DNA of 64,000 nucleotides from Diplonema japonicum. Lineage: Eukaryota; Protista; Euglenozoa: Diplonemea. Both the position numbers and the translations under genes were made by a program. The notes under the pieces were generated by a model. That model did not search any database and was not told the origin of the DNA. It worked only from the letters and a program-made list of their open reading frames with translations. Below, piece after piece: positions 32,898 to 44,278 of the stretch (the first letter of the stretch is position 1; every line of letters starts with the position of its first letter). The DNA is taken from the NCBI GenBank assembly GCA_964019335.1, contig OZ025652.1, positions 434,001-498,000 of the forward strand, read 5' to 3'.

Positions 32898-34752
32898 TCA
32901 CTCAAAGAGGGGGTCAGAAAGCGCGTCGAATTTTTTGTTATTGGCAGAACCGCTCTTCAGTTTGTCAAGACGGTCCTGGAGAATGAGGGCCTCGTGCTCG
33001 GAGGAAGGGGTATCAACGGAGCCGGCTCGGTTTAAAGCGGCGATTACGTTTCTTTCTTCCCTAGTTATTTCCAGGGAGTGGAAGATGCGTCGGCGTGGAC
33101 CGACCTCCGTGACACCAATCTCCTTCAAGTCATCGTAAGTGAGGAGCAGGAGCGTAGTAAAGTCAACCTTGTGTGCAACAAAAAGCTGTAGATACTCCGG
33201 ACAATCTACAGACCTCAGGAACGACGCAAGGTCGTGCGTCGACAAGGGTGGCACCACCATCCCGACCCCAACCCTCTCCTTTCTCAACGTCGTCACCAAC
33301 GTCATCAGCTTCTTTGTTGCAAGCGAGCTCTCTTCCATTCCAAGCACTTTCCTGCAGTCGTCTTCCGTGATCACCAACACATCAGATACTTTCACGTATC
33401 CCTTATCCTGTAACACCTGCTTTATTGCCTGCAAACCCCATTTCTCTAAAAGCCTTGCAAGATCCTCATCCGCCTCCTTCGTCTTGACCGGCAATGCAGG
33501 TGTCTCGAACCTTTGCAGTGCAACCTGTGAAAGAAACGTAAACACAAGAGATATTCTATACCTGAATGTCGCTTATCTCTAAAGTAACCAACTCTTCCGA
33601 CGTAGATTTCACTGTAAGCCTGTTGTTCAGCTCGTCGGCTGCCCACTGCACTAAGTTATCAATCAGCCGCCCGTTGTACTTCGCGCTGTAATGAATAAAA
33701 AAAGTGAATTCGCTATCTTTTTTTTAATTTTATTTTCCACATTACCGTAGCCCAGAAGAGGTGCCATTCGCGAGGAGGGTGGGGAGCTGTTTGACGAGAA
33801 CGGGATGCATCTTCCATCCTTTGGAATCGAGCTTTATCTTCAGGATGCTTGTGAGCTCCGCGGGGGTGTAATCTTCGAAATCAAACGAGTATCGAACCCT
33901 GGACTGCAGCCCCGCGTTGTAGTCCAAGAAGGAGTTGATTGAGTCCTTGTAGCCAGCGAAGATGAATGTGGTGGAGTCTGGGCCTGTTTCGTTCATGACT
34001 CGCATCATCTCGTCGACCGCCTCACCGCCCATGTCGGTCTGTCCCCTGGCGAGGGCGTCAGTTAGTTGATATGCTTCATCAACAAACAACACACCGCCGC
34101 GTGCCTCTGTGATCTTTTCCTTCGTCTTCATTCCTGTTTGATTGACGTACCCAGACACTAGATCGCTCTTTTGCACTTCCACAACCTTACCAGAGCTCGA
34201 TAGTCCAAGCCTGTGGAAAAGCCTTCCGACGGTGCGTGCAATAGTCGTCTTACCTGTCCCCGGATTACCCGTGAAGACCATGTGCCTTATAGGCGCCATC
34301 ACTTCATGGCCCGCTTTCTTACGCTGAAGATCAAGTTGAAGTGTCCTGCACATTTTTCTAAGAGCCTCCTTCACACTGCTCATCCCAATGAGTTTCGTCA
34401 ACTCTTCTTCCATTTCCTTCCCCGCTTCTTGGAGCTGCTCTTCTGTTAGTTCTTTCATTATGACGGGTTCGGGGTCGTTCACTTTCTTATCACTAATACC
34501 TGGCACTCTTTTCTGTTTCTGGCCTGCCGCCATTCGGATCGACGACTTGATTTCCTCTGCTCTGGCGATGTACCCTTCTGTCTTTTGCCTCATGTATTCT
34601 TTAAGTCTCTCGTTTTTTTCGTGCTTTATGGCAACGTTGAAGTACTCACAAGCCTTTACATATGCTGGTAATGCTTCGTCGTACCTTTCGTTCCTGTCAT
34701 ATTCCACAGCCTCGTTCGCATAGTTTATCGCAGCGTCGCGTGTGGTGGCCAT
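32898..34752 (-). CDS. MIT + CbbX/SpoVK-family AAA+ ATPase + SAM domain(s), 3 exons
   Basis: MIT (AINYANEAVEYD...YIARAEEIK), then HMVFTGNPGTGKT, GVLFVDEAY and FIFAGY..NAGLQSR. Two GT-AG introns (~33686-33744, ~33525-33562) join this to a SAM domain (LTYDDLKEIGVTEVGPRRRI). Confidence 0.82.
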
Positions 34753-35482
34753 GTATGAACGCTTTTGTTTCCCACCCTTCCTTCTTTGCTGTTGCGCTGC
34801 GATTGTGGTTGCAATCCAAATCCTAAGAAACGGGAGCAAAAAAAGGAAAATAAAAACAGGGGAACACAAGGGGCAAAAAAAGGGGGGGGGAAGGGGCAAA
34901 AAGGACGGGGGGGGGGGGGGGGGTAGAAGGGGGGGAGCAACAAAGAAAGGGGAGTGGAAGTGGTGTGAAAAAGAAAAAAGGGGGGGATACACAGCACAAC
35001 ACAACGAAGGGTAGGAAAAAAAAGAGGCGGGGGGAAAAGAAGTAAACGTGATGGGCCGGTTGCTACTCTGGTACTATGTGCATGCGTTCTCTCCATTGTT
35101 GCACCTTCTTCCTGTCTTCTTTCTTCTTTTTTAAAAAAAAAAAAACTTGAACCCTGCTCCTTAAGGACGCGGAAGTGGGCAGGAGAGATACCCCTCCGAT
35201 GAACCCCTTCGAAGGGTTAATTTTCGCAAAGCTACAAAGAGTGGGTCGGGGGTGACACAAAAAAATCAAGGTCCGAGAGAGCAACGCCAGGACACTTTGT
35301 TACGCCAGGGGAGCTTCTTGGGTGAACTACACTTGGGATTTTTTTTGGGGGGGAACGGGAGATTTCGGACTTCGGTGGAAGGTGAACACCCAAAAGGGTG
35401 TGTTTGTAGACAAAGAAAAGGGATACAAGGGTGAAAAAGAAAAAAAAAAGGGGGACGGGTTCGAGAGAAAGGAGAAGATCTT

Positions 35483-38087
35483 CTAAAACTCCTCTGGTTC
35501 GTCAACGTTGAGCTGTTTCTCAACCAGCTCCTGGATACGCTTCACCTGGAAAGATATAGGTTATTTTTCTTTTTTCTTCTCTTATACCTTGTCGTGAATG
35601 GATCCCCAGTTCTCACCCTCGGAGTGCGCCCTCAGCCACCCCTTGATTTCATTAATTTTGTTGAGGTATTCCTCCCGCCTCTGGCTTGACACTTCGTCAA
35701 CAGTTCTTCGGTCCGTGGAAAGGAAAGTGAGCTTGCTGAAGACTGTGCGGCGAAGGACATTGTAGTTGTCTCTGATGTGCTCCATGCGGAGGGAGAAGTC
35801 GGACAGGTGGTCAGCAAGGAGGGCGTGGGGCTGGAATTCTTTGAGGAGCTGACGGCACTTGTTGAGGACGGGCGCGACAACTTGAATGGACTCGTTGTCA
35901 GTGGGGATGTTCAACACCTTGATCGTCTCTTCCAGGAAGCGTTTCAGCTTCGAGCTGAAATTGCTGAAAGCACGGACCTCGTTCTCAAGCTTGCTCTTCT
36001 GGTGGATCTCCAACATGATGTGTCGCTGCCTCTCATACGCATTTATCTGAAGGTTCAGCCACACTTCATTGACCTCGACCAGAGCCCTCTCCACCATCTT
36101 GTTGGGGAGCAACGCTTCGCCAGTGTCGCCAAGGTGCGCGAAGTTCTCTTCCATCGTTCCAATGTTCTGAGTCAACGACGCACAGAACTCCTGAACATGG
36201 TGCGGCTCAGACTGGGCCTCCATGTTCGTTCTCTCCTGCCTGCACCACTGCAGCAGTTTCGCGTCATCCTTCATGAACTTCGAAAGCGTCCCCTGCATAT
36301 CTGTTCTCCTCTTGTCCTCCGCTGCCAACACGATATCCCAAGCAGCTGCCGCTTTCTTGATGTTGTTAAACTTTTCGCTCGTATCACAGATATCCGCGTG
36401 CTCCTCAGGCCACCCAGTCTTCACCAAATCAGCCTTCGTGTCCTGGAGTTAAGTTTTCATGGCGTGCACCAACTAACGCGTTCATACCTCTAACGCATCG
36501 ACCTCGCCCTGGATTTTCTCCATTTCGCTCTCGTTCCAGGTGCTGGCCTCCTCTTTAAACTTATCGAAATCTTCCTGCTCAAGCCTCTGCAAATCTGTGG
36601 TGATAAATTGTAAAAAAACATCCGAGGCAGGACTCGAACCTGCAACCGCTTGATTCGTAGTCAAGCGCTCTTCCATTGAGCCACACGGACGCTGATTTTA
36701 TGGCGCTGCATATATATAGAATGGGGTTGAAAGAACGACACGTTTCGCACAGGTGGGTCCACTGCTATTTCCTCAAAAAAAAAAAAAACAGGAACAGAGG
36801 AAGCCAAGAGAGCAGTAGCGAAAAAGTGATTTGACAAGGGGGGAAAGAGGAAGGAAGCAGACGAAAGGGAAAAGAAACATGCAAGCGAGACACGGGAGTA
36901 GGGAACAAACCCTCTGAGCCAACCAAAGCGTGGAATAACCCTACACTGCAGCAGATCCAAGCTTGAGTAGCACCCAACATCAACACTTAGGCGCCCAGTG
37001 GAATGACAAAACCGAAGCGGTGCCAAAGTGGTGAAGGTATGTGGCTTGGCGACAAGAGAGCGATTACCGGCCAGTTCGCTGTCTCCCTTTCTGGAACCAA
37101 GTGACCCCCACAACTTAGATTTAGGGTAAAACCAAACCCCCTTCCAACGAAAGATACCCGCGTGCTGTCACGCGTGTGGCAAACCACCCGAGGAATGGAG
37201 CCTCACGGCTTCACCAAGCACTGGCCAAACATGATACCCTCAAAATTTGGGTGTGTTCCTTCCCTTCTGCGACGAAGTAATGGTCACAAGAAAGGCATGG
37301 TACATTGTAAGTTGGCAGGGTGGCCCCCTTCTGTTCTTCTCCCATTGTTTCTGACTGAAAGCAAAAAAGATTTTAATGCCGGACGCGACAAAAACCCGGA
37401 TGTTTGTCCGTCCGGCATTTTTAATTTTACAGTAATTAAATAAAAAAAAAGTCCGACTATTGACCAACAGGACCAAACAAGTAAGGATGACATACCAAAA
37501 CCGTGACCAAGAGGTTTAGAAGAGGTGTTGCGGTGTGCAAACTGCACCCTGTATTTCTCGAAGATAGACAGGAGCCTCATCTTGTCTGCAAGAAGTTTAG
37601 AGTAAAGCTGACCTTGCTTAGGGTTGTAGGAGAAGGGGCCTTTCTCTTCATAGGCAGAGGCAGCCTTGCGGGCAGTCTGGGCGGCTTTGGTGGCCTCGGC
37701 CAACTGGTTGTCAATGGTGGCCTCCTCGACCTTGGCTTCTTCGTTTCTTGCCTTCTCGGCTTCCAGTTCTTCTTTGAGGGCTTTCTTTACGGACTTCAGT
37801 TTTGCGTTCTCTTTTTCGATCACGTCGAGCTCTTCGATGTCTTCCCTAATGAGGTCTCTTGCCTCTTGCAGCTTGTTCTCGATGAGAGGGATGTTCGTAG
37901 AGAGGACATCGTTCATCTGCCTGCACTTCTCTTCGTAAGCAGAGGCGGCCCTTACCTTTGCGGAGTCGTCATCAGGGTGCGCCCTCACTGTCGCCTCTGC
38001 CTTCGCCACTGCTGTGTCGTGAAGCTCCGCTGCCTTCCTCAGCTCGTCACATGCCACCCTCACGGCATCGCATCCTGCAATGGCCAT
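35483..38087 (-). CDS. Coiled-coil / spectrin-repeat-like cytoskeletal protein, 4 exons; hosts tRNA-Arg in intron 1
   Basis: Exons 37496-38087, 36488-36594, 35588-36442 and 35483-35545 join in frame through GT-AG introns. LLQWC and W/L heptad patterns resemble spectrin repeats. Confidence 0.78.
36612..36618 (-). terminator. Pol III terminator of tRNA-Arg
   Basis: T7 immediately 3' of the discriminator base, 17 nt before the end of the host intron. Confidence 0.75.
36619..36690 (-). tRNA. tRNA-Arg(ACG)
   Basis: GTCCGTG-TG-GCTC AATGGAA GAGC-G-CTTGA CTACGAA TCAAG-CGGTT-GCAGG TTCGAGT CCTGC-CTCGGAT-G. The cloverleaf has a U6.U67 mismatch and is followed by T7. Confidence 0.95.
36787..37422 (+). 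ncRNA. Candidate long structured ncRNA divergent from tRNA-Arg (identity unknown)
   Basis: Starts ~97-100 bp from the tRNA 5' end. It has no T4 until 37371, nested long-range helices with plus-strand G.U pairs, and a terminal hairpin + T5. Confidence 0.5.
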
Positions 38088-38173
38088 CTTTTAATTTAGT
38101 TCTTCTCCCTAAAGTGAAAAATTGCACATCGTGTTTATTCTCACGTTCTTCGTAAACATCAGCAATAAACTAT

Positions 38174-38211
<38 letters not shown>

Positions 38212-38869
38212 CTTTTCGACCTTCATCTCCTTTCTCGGCCCTCCAGACCGCAAGGAGAAAAAACTTTCAAAGGGCTTTAAAGGAAAGAGGAAAAAGGTAA
38301 TGTTCTTCTTATTGGGAGGAAGAAGAAATGGCTTCCCCTCCCCCTTTTTTTTCTTTCCTAAGTTTTGTTGTTGTGAATTATAAAAACCTCGCCAAGGATA
38401 CGGGGAATGATGTTTGCGGGTTTTGCCGCAGCAAGTACATCGTTCTTCAACCACAACCGGGAATCCCAGTTAGCCCCTGTCATTTCCTTTACAAGGTTTT
38501 ATAATTCAGAATAAAAAAAAGCGCTTATCGGGTGGTCTTCCTATTATCTTCTCCCCCCTTTTCTTCGCCGTGTTTGTTTGTTTGGTTTCTTCTTTGTTTG
38601 TTGTTGCTATTTGTGCGCAATACAACGAGAAAAGAAAAAAAAGAGAAAAAAAGAAAAGTAGAGATAAAGAAATCTTAATCAACGGGAAAAATAAAATCGA
38701 TGGGAGTATAAACAAGTATTTAGAAAAAGAAAAAGAAAAAACGGGAATGAAAAAGGGTGAAAAAAAAAATTTTTAATTTCAAATTTCAGAAAGGAGATGT
38801 ATCTGTACATTAGTGAATTTGCCGGGTATTAAAGGAGAAAGAAGCTCCTTAAAAGGGAGAGGAAGTCAT

Positions 38870-41107
38870 TTAGATTCTCTTTCTAGGCTGGATGCGGAGG
38901 CGTTCGGTCCGCGCATCTTGTAGTTGAGACTGTTGGGAAAAGGAAAAGATTGCATGATTTCTTTTTTTCCCCCGTACCTTGAGTTGTTCGAGTCTGGAAC
39001 TTTCTTCGGTTTTGGTGGAACGCCACTTTTTTGGAGGAGTATCAGAGATAGTTGAGGATCTGCTTGCTGCAGGGGGCTGTTTGTTTTTTTTTTTTTTTTT
39101 ATTTCACTCTTCGTCATTTTCTTCACTCACTAGGGGCCTCATTATTTAACGCGAAATGGCCATTATTTAACGCGAAATCGCCATTATTTAACTAGTTAAA
39201 TAATGAGATTTTGCAGTTAAATAATGGCCCTTCAGAGTGGGAAAATGAGTCTCGCCGTGGAAAAAAATGCACCCAACCCCTTGAAAAACTTTTTTGGGGT
39301 GGGGGTATTTTGACTATTTTTGGCCATCTGAGGCCATTCCAGCCCTTAAAAGTGGGAATAAGTGCCTTACTTCCCCTTTAAATGCCATGGCGAAATAGCA
39401 ACCCCATATTACCTTAGGAAACTCCCCAAAAAGGCTGACCTGCGTGAAAAAAAACAGCAGTGAAAGCAGTGAAGAGTGAGTGACTCAAATGACGAAGAGT
39501 GAAATAAAACGACTTACTTGCCGCCAAATGAGCCATTATTTAACTCTCGTTACCCGTTTTTTTGCACTCGGGCCCTGCGGGCCCTCGTGCAAAAAATTCG
39601 GGAACTCGCGTTAAATAATGACTCATAATTTGTTGGCAATAAATAGTTATTTTTTGAATCCCTTTTGTTTTCCCCTCCTTTTTTTTTATACCTGCCGTGT
39701 ACCACTAGTTACAACGGTAGTGGACCTAAGGGTGGAACCGGCATTGGAGAGAGTGGTTTTAGAAGAAGCGACTGAAGAGGTTTCAAACCTCTTGGAAGGT
39801 GGGTGAAGGGGTGCTTTGTTGGCTGTGCGGAGCAGAGTAGAAGAAGTTGTTGATAACTTTCTTGTAGAAGGAGGGGGGCGGTCGGCAACGCGATCAGACC
39901 GCCTCTCGACATAAGGCGAAGGGGGCTGGTGGTTCCCATCCGTAATATCGGCCCATTCCCGCCTTGAAGGAGTCTTCGATCTCGAATCTACAATGGACGC
40001 TGCTTTCCTGTCATCTGATTCGTATCCAGACCGGTCGTCGTTGCTATGCAGGGAAGAATAGTACCTTGGTGCATCATCGGCTACTGAAGAATACCCGCTT
40101 GCACTGCGGTGTGGCGTCTTTGGTGGCCGGTCGTATGCCACTCGCTTAATGTTTCCGTTTTGCATTCCTTGCGACGCTGTGCTCCCTCGTTCCCATCGGC
40201 CTCCTGTGTCCTCACTTCTGTCGTCCCGTACAGATGCCAGTTTTATCTGTTCCCTTTGCTCCTCCACAAGGTGTATCAAATTGTCGTTTTTTTCCTGTTT
40301 TTCCCTCAGCAACTGTTGCTGCAACTGTTCCACGTTCTGAAACCGCTCCACCATGTCCTCCAGCTCCGCAACGCGGCCTTTCATGTCTTGCAATGCATCG
40401 TCCTTGGACTCGATAAGCTGTTTCTGCGTCTTCACAAGCATGCTGCGTTCTTCGTTTTGCCGTTCGAGTTCTTTAGTTTGATCTTCAAACAATTTTAACC
40501 GATCACTGTTGTCGGGTTTGAAGGAAAGTTGGTCTTGGAGGGATTCGAGCTCGGATCCGAGTTGTCGGTTTTGTTCTTCCAAGTTGCGGATTCTGTCAAT
40601 ACGGGTTTCAAGGTCTGCTTTCAGGGATTCGATCTCGAGGTCCTTCTCTGTGACGCCTTCCACGAGGACCGCGACTTTTTCTTCCATGTCACTTATTTGG
40701 TGAAGGAGCGGTTCATTCCCTTTGAGCTGTTCGCGTATTTCTGCGTTTTCCTTTTCCATCTCCCGTAAAGTCTCACGTAGGTGGTCCGTGTACGTTTCTT
40801 GTTCCGAACGTAGCTCTTCGATTTCATTGACACGCCGCCAATGCTCATCCCATAGGGCTGTGAGATCCTCGGTTCGCTTCTTCTCCAGCTCGTCAATTTC
40901 AACTTGGTGCTCTGATTCTTGGTCATCCAGTGCCCGTAGCAGTTCGGCCACTCTCCCAGAATCTCGGTCAACTTTGTTCTTGTCACCGGAGGAGGGAAGT
41001 TGCGCTCTTTTTTTTAAAACCCCCACAGGTATCTTTTTATCTTCTCTTGAACCCCGCATCTTGCGTTCGTCCATTCGAGCCTTGAAATTTTCTTTTTCGG
41101 AATCCAT
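38870..41107 (-). CDS. Coiled-coil protein with S/R-rich tail, 3 exons
   Basis: Exons 39692-41107, 38978-39076 and 38870-38929 join in frame to ...RIQPRKRI*. Intron 1 contains repeat copy A. Confidence 0.75.
39098..39650 (+). mobile_element. Non-autonomous Crypton-like repeat, copy A (most complete; intronic)
   Basis: Near-identical reverse complement of 41214-41675 and 41771-42291. Carries many CATTATTTAAC motifs, an asymmetric inverted repeat (39098-39119 vs 39488-39509) and a GCACTCGGGCCCTGCGGGCCCTCGTGC hairpin. Confidence 0.7.
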
Positions 41108-41213
41108 TTCCTCTTCCCCCCCCCCCTCCCCGGTCTCCTTTTTTAACGTGTGAAAACATGAAAACGAAAAAATGAGGAAAAAAGAAAAGAAAAGAAAACA
41201 AACAAATAAAAAT

Positions 41214-41675
41214 TAACTATTTATTGCCAACAAATAATGGCTCATTTGGCGGCAAGTAAGTCGTTTTATTTCACTCTTCGTCATTTGAGTCACTCACTCT
41301 TCACTGCTTTCACTGCTGTTTTTTTTCACGCAGGTCAGCCTTTTTGGGGAGTTTCCTAAGGTAATATGGGGTTGCTATTTCGCCGTGGCATTTAAAGGGG
41401 AAGTAAGGCACTTATTCCCACTTTTAAGGGCTGGAATGGCCTCAGATGGCCAAAAATAGTCAAAATACCCCCACCCCAAAAAAATTTTTCAAGGGGTTGG
41501 GTGCATTTTTTTCCACGGCGAGACTCATTTTTCCACTCTGAAGGGCCATTATTTAACTGCAAAATCTCATTATTTAACTAGTTAAATAATGGCGATTTCG
41601 CGTTAAATAATGGCCATTTCGCGTTAAATAATGAGGCCCCTAGTGAGTGAAGAAAATGACGAAGAGTGAAATAAA
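41214..41675 (-). mobile_element. Crypton-like repeat, copy B (palindrome deleted)
   Basis: Inverted relative to copy A and lacks the ~90-bp palindrome. Confidence 0.7.
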
Positions 41676-41770
41676 AAAATTAGCAGGACAATGAAATAAA
41701 TGCAGGTATAGATGCATAACGCGGGTAATAGGTGACTAAAGATGGAACCAATAAAAAAAAAAAAAAAAAA

Positions 41771-42291
41771 ATAACTATTTATTGCCAACAAATAATGAGT
41801 CATTATTTAACTCGGGTAACGAGTGTTAAATAATGGCTCATTTGGCGGCAAGTAAGTCGTTTTATTTCACTCTTCGTCATTTGAGTCACTCACTCTTCAC
41901 TGCTTTCACTGCTGTTTTTTTTCACGCAGGTCAGCTTTTTGGGGATTTTCCTAAGGTAATACAGGGTAGCTATTTCGCCGTGGCATTTAAAGGGGAAGTA
42001 AGGCACTTATTCCCACTTTTAAGGGCTGGAATGGCCTCAGATGGCCAAAAATAGTCAAAATACCCCCACCCCAAAAAAATTTTTCAAGGGGTTGGGTGCA
42101 TTTTTTTCCACGACAAGACCCATTTTTTCACTCTGAAGGGCCATTATTTAACTGCAAAATCTCATTATTTAACTAGTTAAATAATGGCGATTTCGCGTTA
42201 AATAATGGCCGTTTCGCGTTAAATAATGGCCATTTCGCGTTAAATAATGAGGCCCCTAGTGAGTGAAGAAAATGACGAAGAGTGAAATAAA
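41771..42291 (-). mobile_element. Crypton-like repeat, copy C (hairpin core deleted)
   Basis: Direct repeat of copy B. Retains the palindrome arms only and has one extra CGCGTTAAATAATGGC unit. Confidence 0.7.
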
Positions 42292-42294
42292 AAA

Positions 42295-42326
<32 letters not shown>

Positions 42327-43036
42327 AAAAAAAGGAAAAAAAGAGAATCCACAAAGCCAGGGACGTTGAGTGTCAGGGAGCCTTTTTACTTTCGGACATT
42401 TCCTTCCAAGTCTGCTGCACCTGAGACACATGCTGTTTGCCTGAAAAAAAAAAGTATTTAAAAAGTTTTATCTGTGGCAAAGAGCTCATAATTCGAGGAA
42501 GCTACATTACTCGTTGCTTGGATTGTTGCTGTCCCCAAAGCCCGCAGGTGATATCACTATTCGAATGGCGCAGTTATCTGCCATCAGGAAAGCTATCAGG
42601 AAGTTCGAGTTTTATAGAGACGTCTTGGAGGAAAGGTACAACTCAGACGGAACAGAAGAAGACAAGTTGAAACCCCGTCAGCCCTTTGGAGAATAAAAAA
42701 AAGAAAAGAAGAAGAAGGGGGGATTTTATAGCTGCATGATGGTGTAGGTACAAGGCAAAAAGAGGAGGAAAGCCTTTTTTGCCTACTCTCAACATTTCCT
42801 TGTTTCTCCTTACTTTTTCCTCGATGGCATGTAAAGCCCCCCCCCCCCCCCCCCCCCCAGTCCCTCCTCAATGAAACCCATTGAAATGCTCTATGGAATT
42901 GTCAGGAACCGTAAAGAAAAAAAAAAAAAAAAAAAAAAAAAGTGGGAAGGAGGGAGAATTTTTCCCCCCGGTTCACGGAAGAATAAAAGATCTTCGCAAA
43001 AATAATACTAAAGAAAAAAAAAAGAAAAAAGAAAAT

Positions 43037-43640
43037 AGCTATTTATAAAATGAAAATCAGATGGCCTGATTTTATTCAATACTGCATTTTATTTAATGAT
43101 GAGCTGCTCTCGCAAAGAATTTGGGTGCTGAGTGTGGCTTCGCTGCTGCCTGCTTGTAGCGGCACAATGCGACTCTTTACTGAACACGGTACTGGGTTTG
43201 GTATGATCAATTCAGCGAATTGATGTTGACGTTTATGTCAAACGTGATTCTGTGCAATGTTGAAGAAGTGGGCTGTGTCGAAGGGGCAGGGCTGAAGGGC
43301 GTTGCAGGGGACTGCTGTGTTTGTTCAACAGTTGGCCGTGTTTTTCTATTGGGTTTGATCGAGTGGTAGGTGCAAAACCTCTCCCACTCCTTCCTGTAGG
43401 CCATTTTGCTTGCCGTTGGAAGCGTGTCTTCCATCACAGTTTTGGCCTCTTTCTCGAGGCTGATGCCCTTGGCTCACTTCCCGGTCGCCTTCGGTTTTCT
43501 TCCCATTTTGCTAGAAATGACTGTGGGCGTGAAATAAAGTACCTGATTTTCACGCCCAGCAACGTTTGGCTTAAAAACATGAGGAAAAAATCAGATACTT
43601 TATTTCACGCCCGTGAAATAAAGTGAAACCTGATTTATAT
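43037..43640 (-). pseudogene. Internally deleted Crypton-like tyrosine-recombinase remnant
   Basis: ATG at 43506, an in-frame TGA, then SLEKEAKTVMEDTLPTASKMAYRKEWERFCTY (like the integrase N-terminal domain) fused to ..ITFDINVNIN*. Flanks carry GTGAAATAAA/TTTATTTCAC motifs shared with copies A-C. Confidence 0.5.
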
Positions 43641-44278
43641 CTTCCGGCCTAAATTTGAGAGAGCTGCTCAGAATTAAATAAAAAAACCTAAACTACAGTA
43701 GAGGAGACCTGGTTCATGTCAATTTGTTCTTCGGAAAAAAGAAAAAAAGAAAAAAAGTAACCATCAAAAAAAAGGATAATTAGGGGATGATTCACTTTTG
43801 TACCCAAAAGGGCTCAAAGTGGGCTTCTAGGAGATCCTGAGAGGTTGAACACGCTGGTGAATAATAACTAAGAAAAAGAAAAAGCAAAAGACAATCTCAC
43901 TTGGGCAAGGGCATGATATTCAGTGTGGATAGGCCCTCCCGGGTTTGGGGTACTAAGTGAGTTCCGGCACTTTTTTCCCAGCGAGAACTACCCCTGCATT
44001 TAAAAAAAAAATGTCTTTGAAAGAAACCTGCAGTTGTGACAGGATCGCCTAACGACAATCAACTCATCTAGTGTTTGATCCCTTCTGGAAAAAAAAAATT
44101 CACTAGGAAACGAAGTGGTTAACAACGGCCCACCAAAAAAATACTCGATAAAATTTCAGTGTGCATGGGGGTGCTCACTGAAAAAAAAAAAAGAAATGGG
44201 AGGGGTGGCGAGAATAATAAAAAAAAGTACAATTATTATTATTATTTTCATTTTTTTCTTTTCACGTTCAGAATTGAT

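Larger units (their letters stand above)
36595..37495 (-). other. 901-nt GT-AG intron containing tRNA-Arg and an antisense structured RNA candidate
   Basis: Donor TTTG|GTATGT at 37495 and acceptor CACCACAG|AT at 36595; the phase-1 junction gives GHGF-D-LQRLE. Confidence 0.8.

Noticed and set aside
39130-39230. CRISPR-like array of CATTATTTAAC units
   Set aside because: Units are short, occur in both orientations, have near-identical spacers and lie inside a dispersed repeat; no cas genes; eukaryotic context.
39098-41675. Composite transposon carrying the 473-aa ORF between inverted repeats
   Set aside because: The ORF splices onward to exons at 38870-39076, so copy A lies in its intron and the gene is a host gene.
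42350-42700. Short plus-strand ORFs next to repeat copy C
   Set aside because: No ATG-anchored recognisable product and opposite to the cluster strand; at most a degraded fragment.
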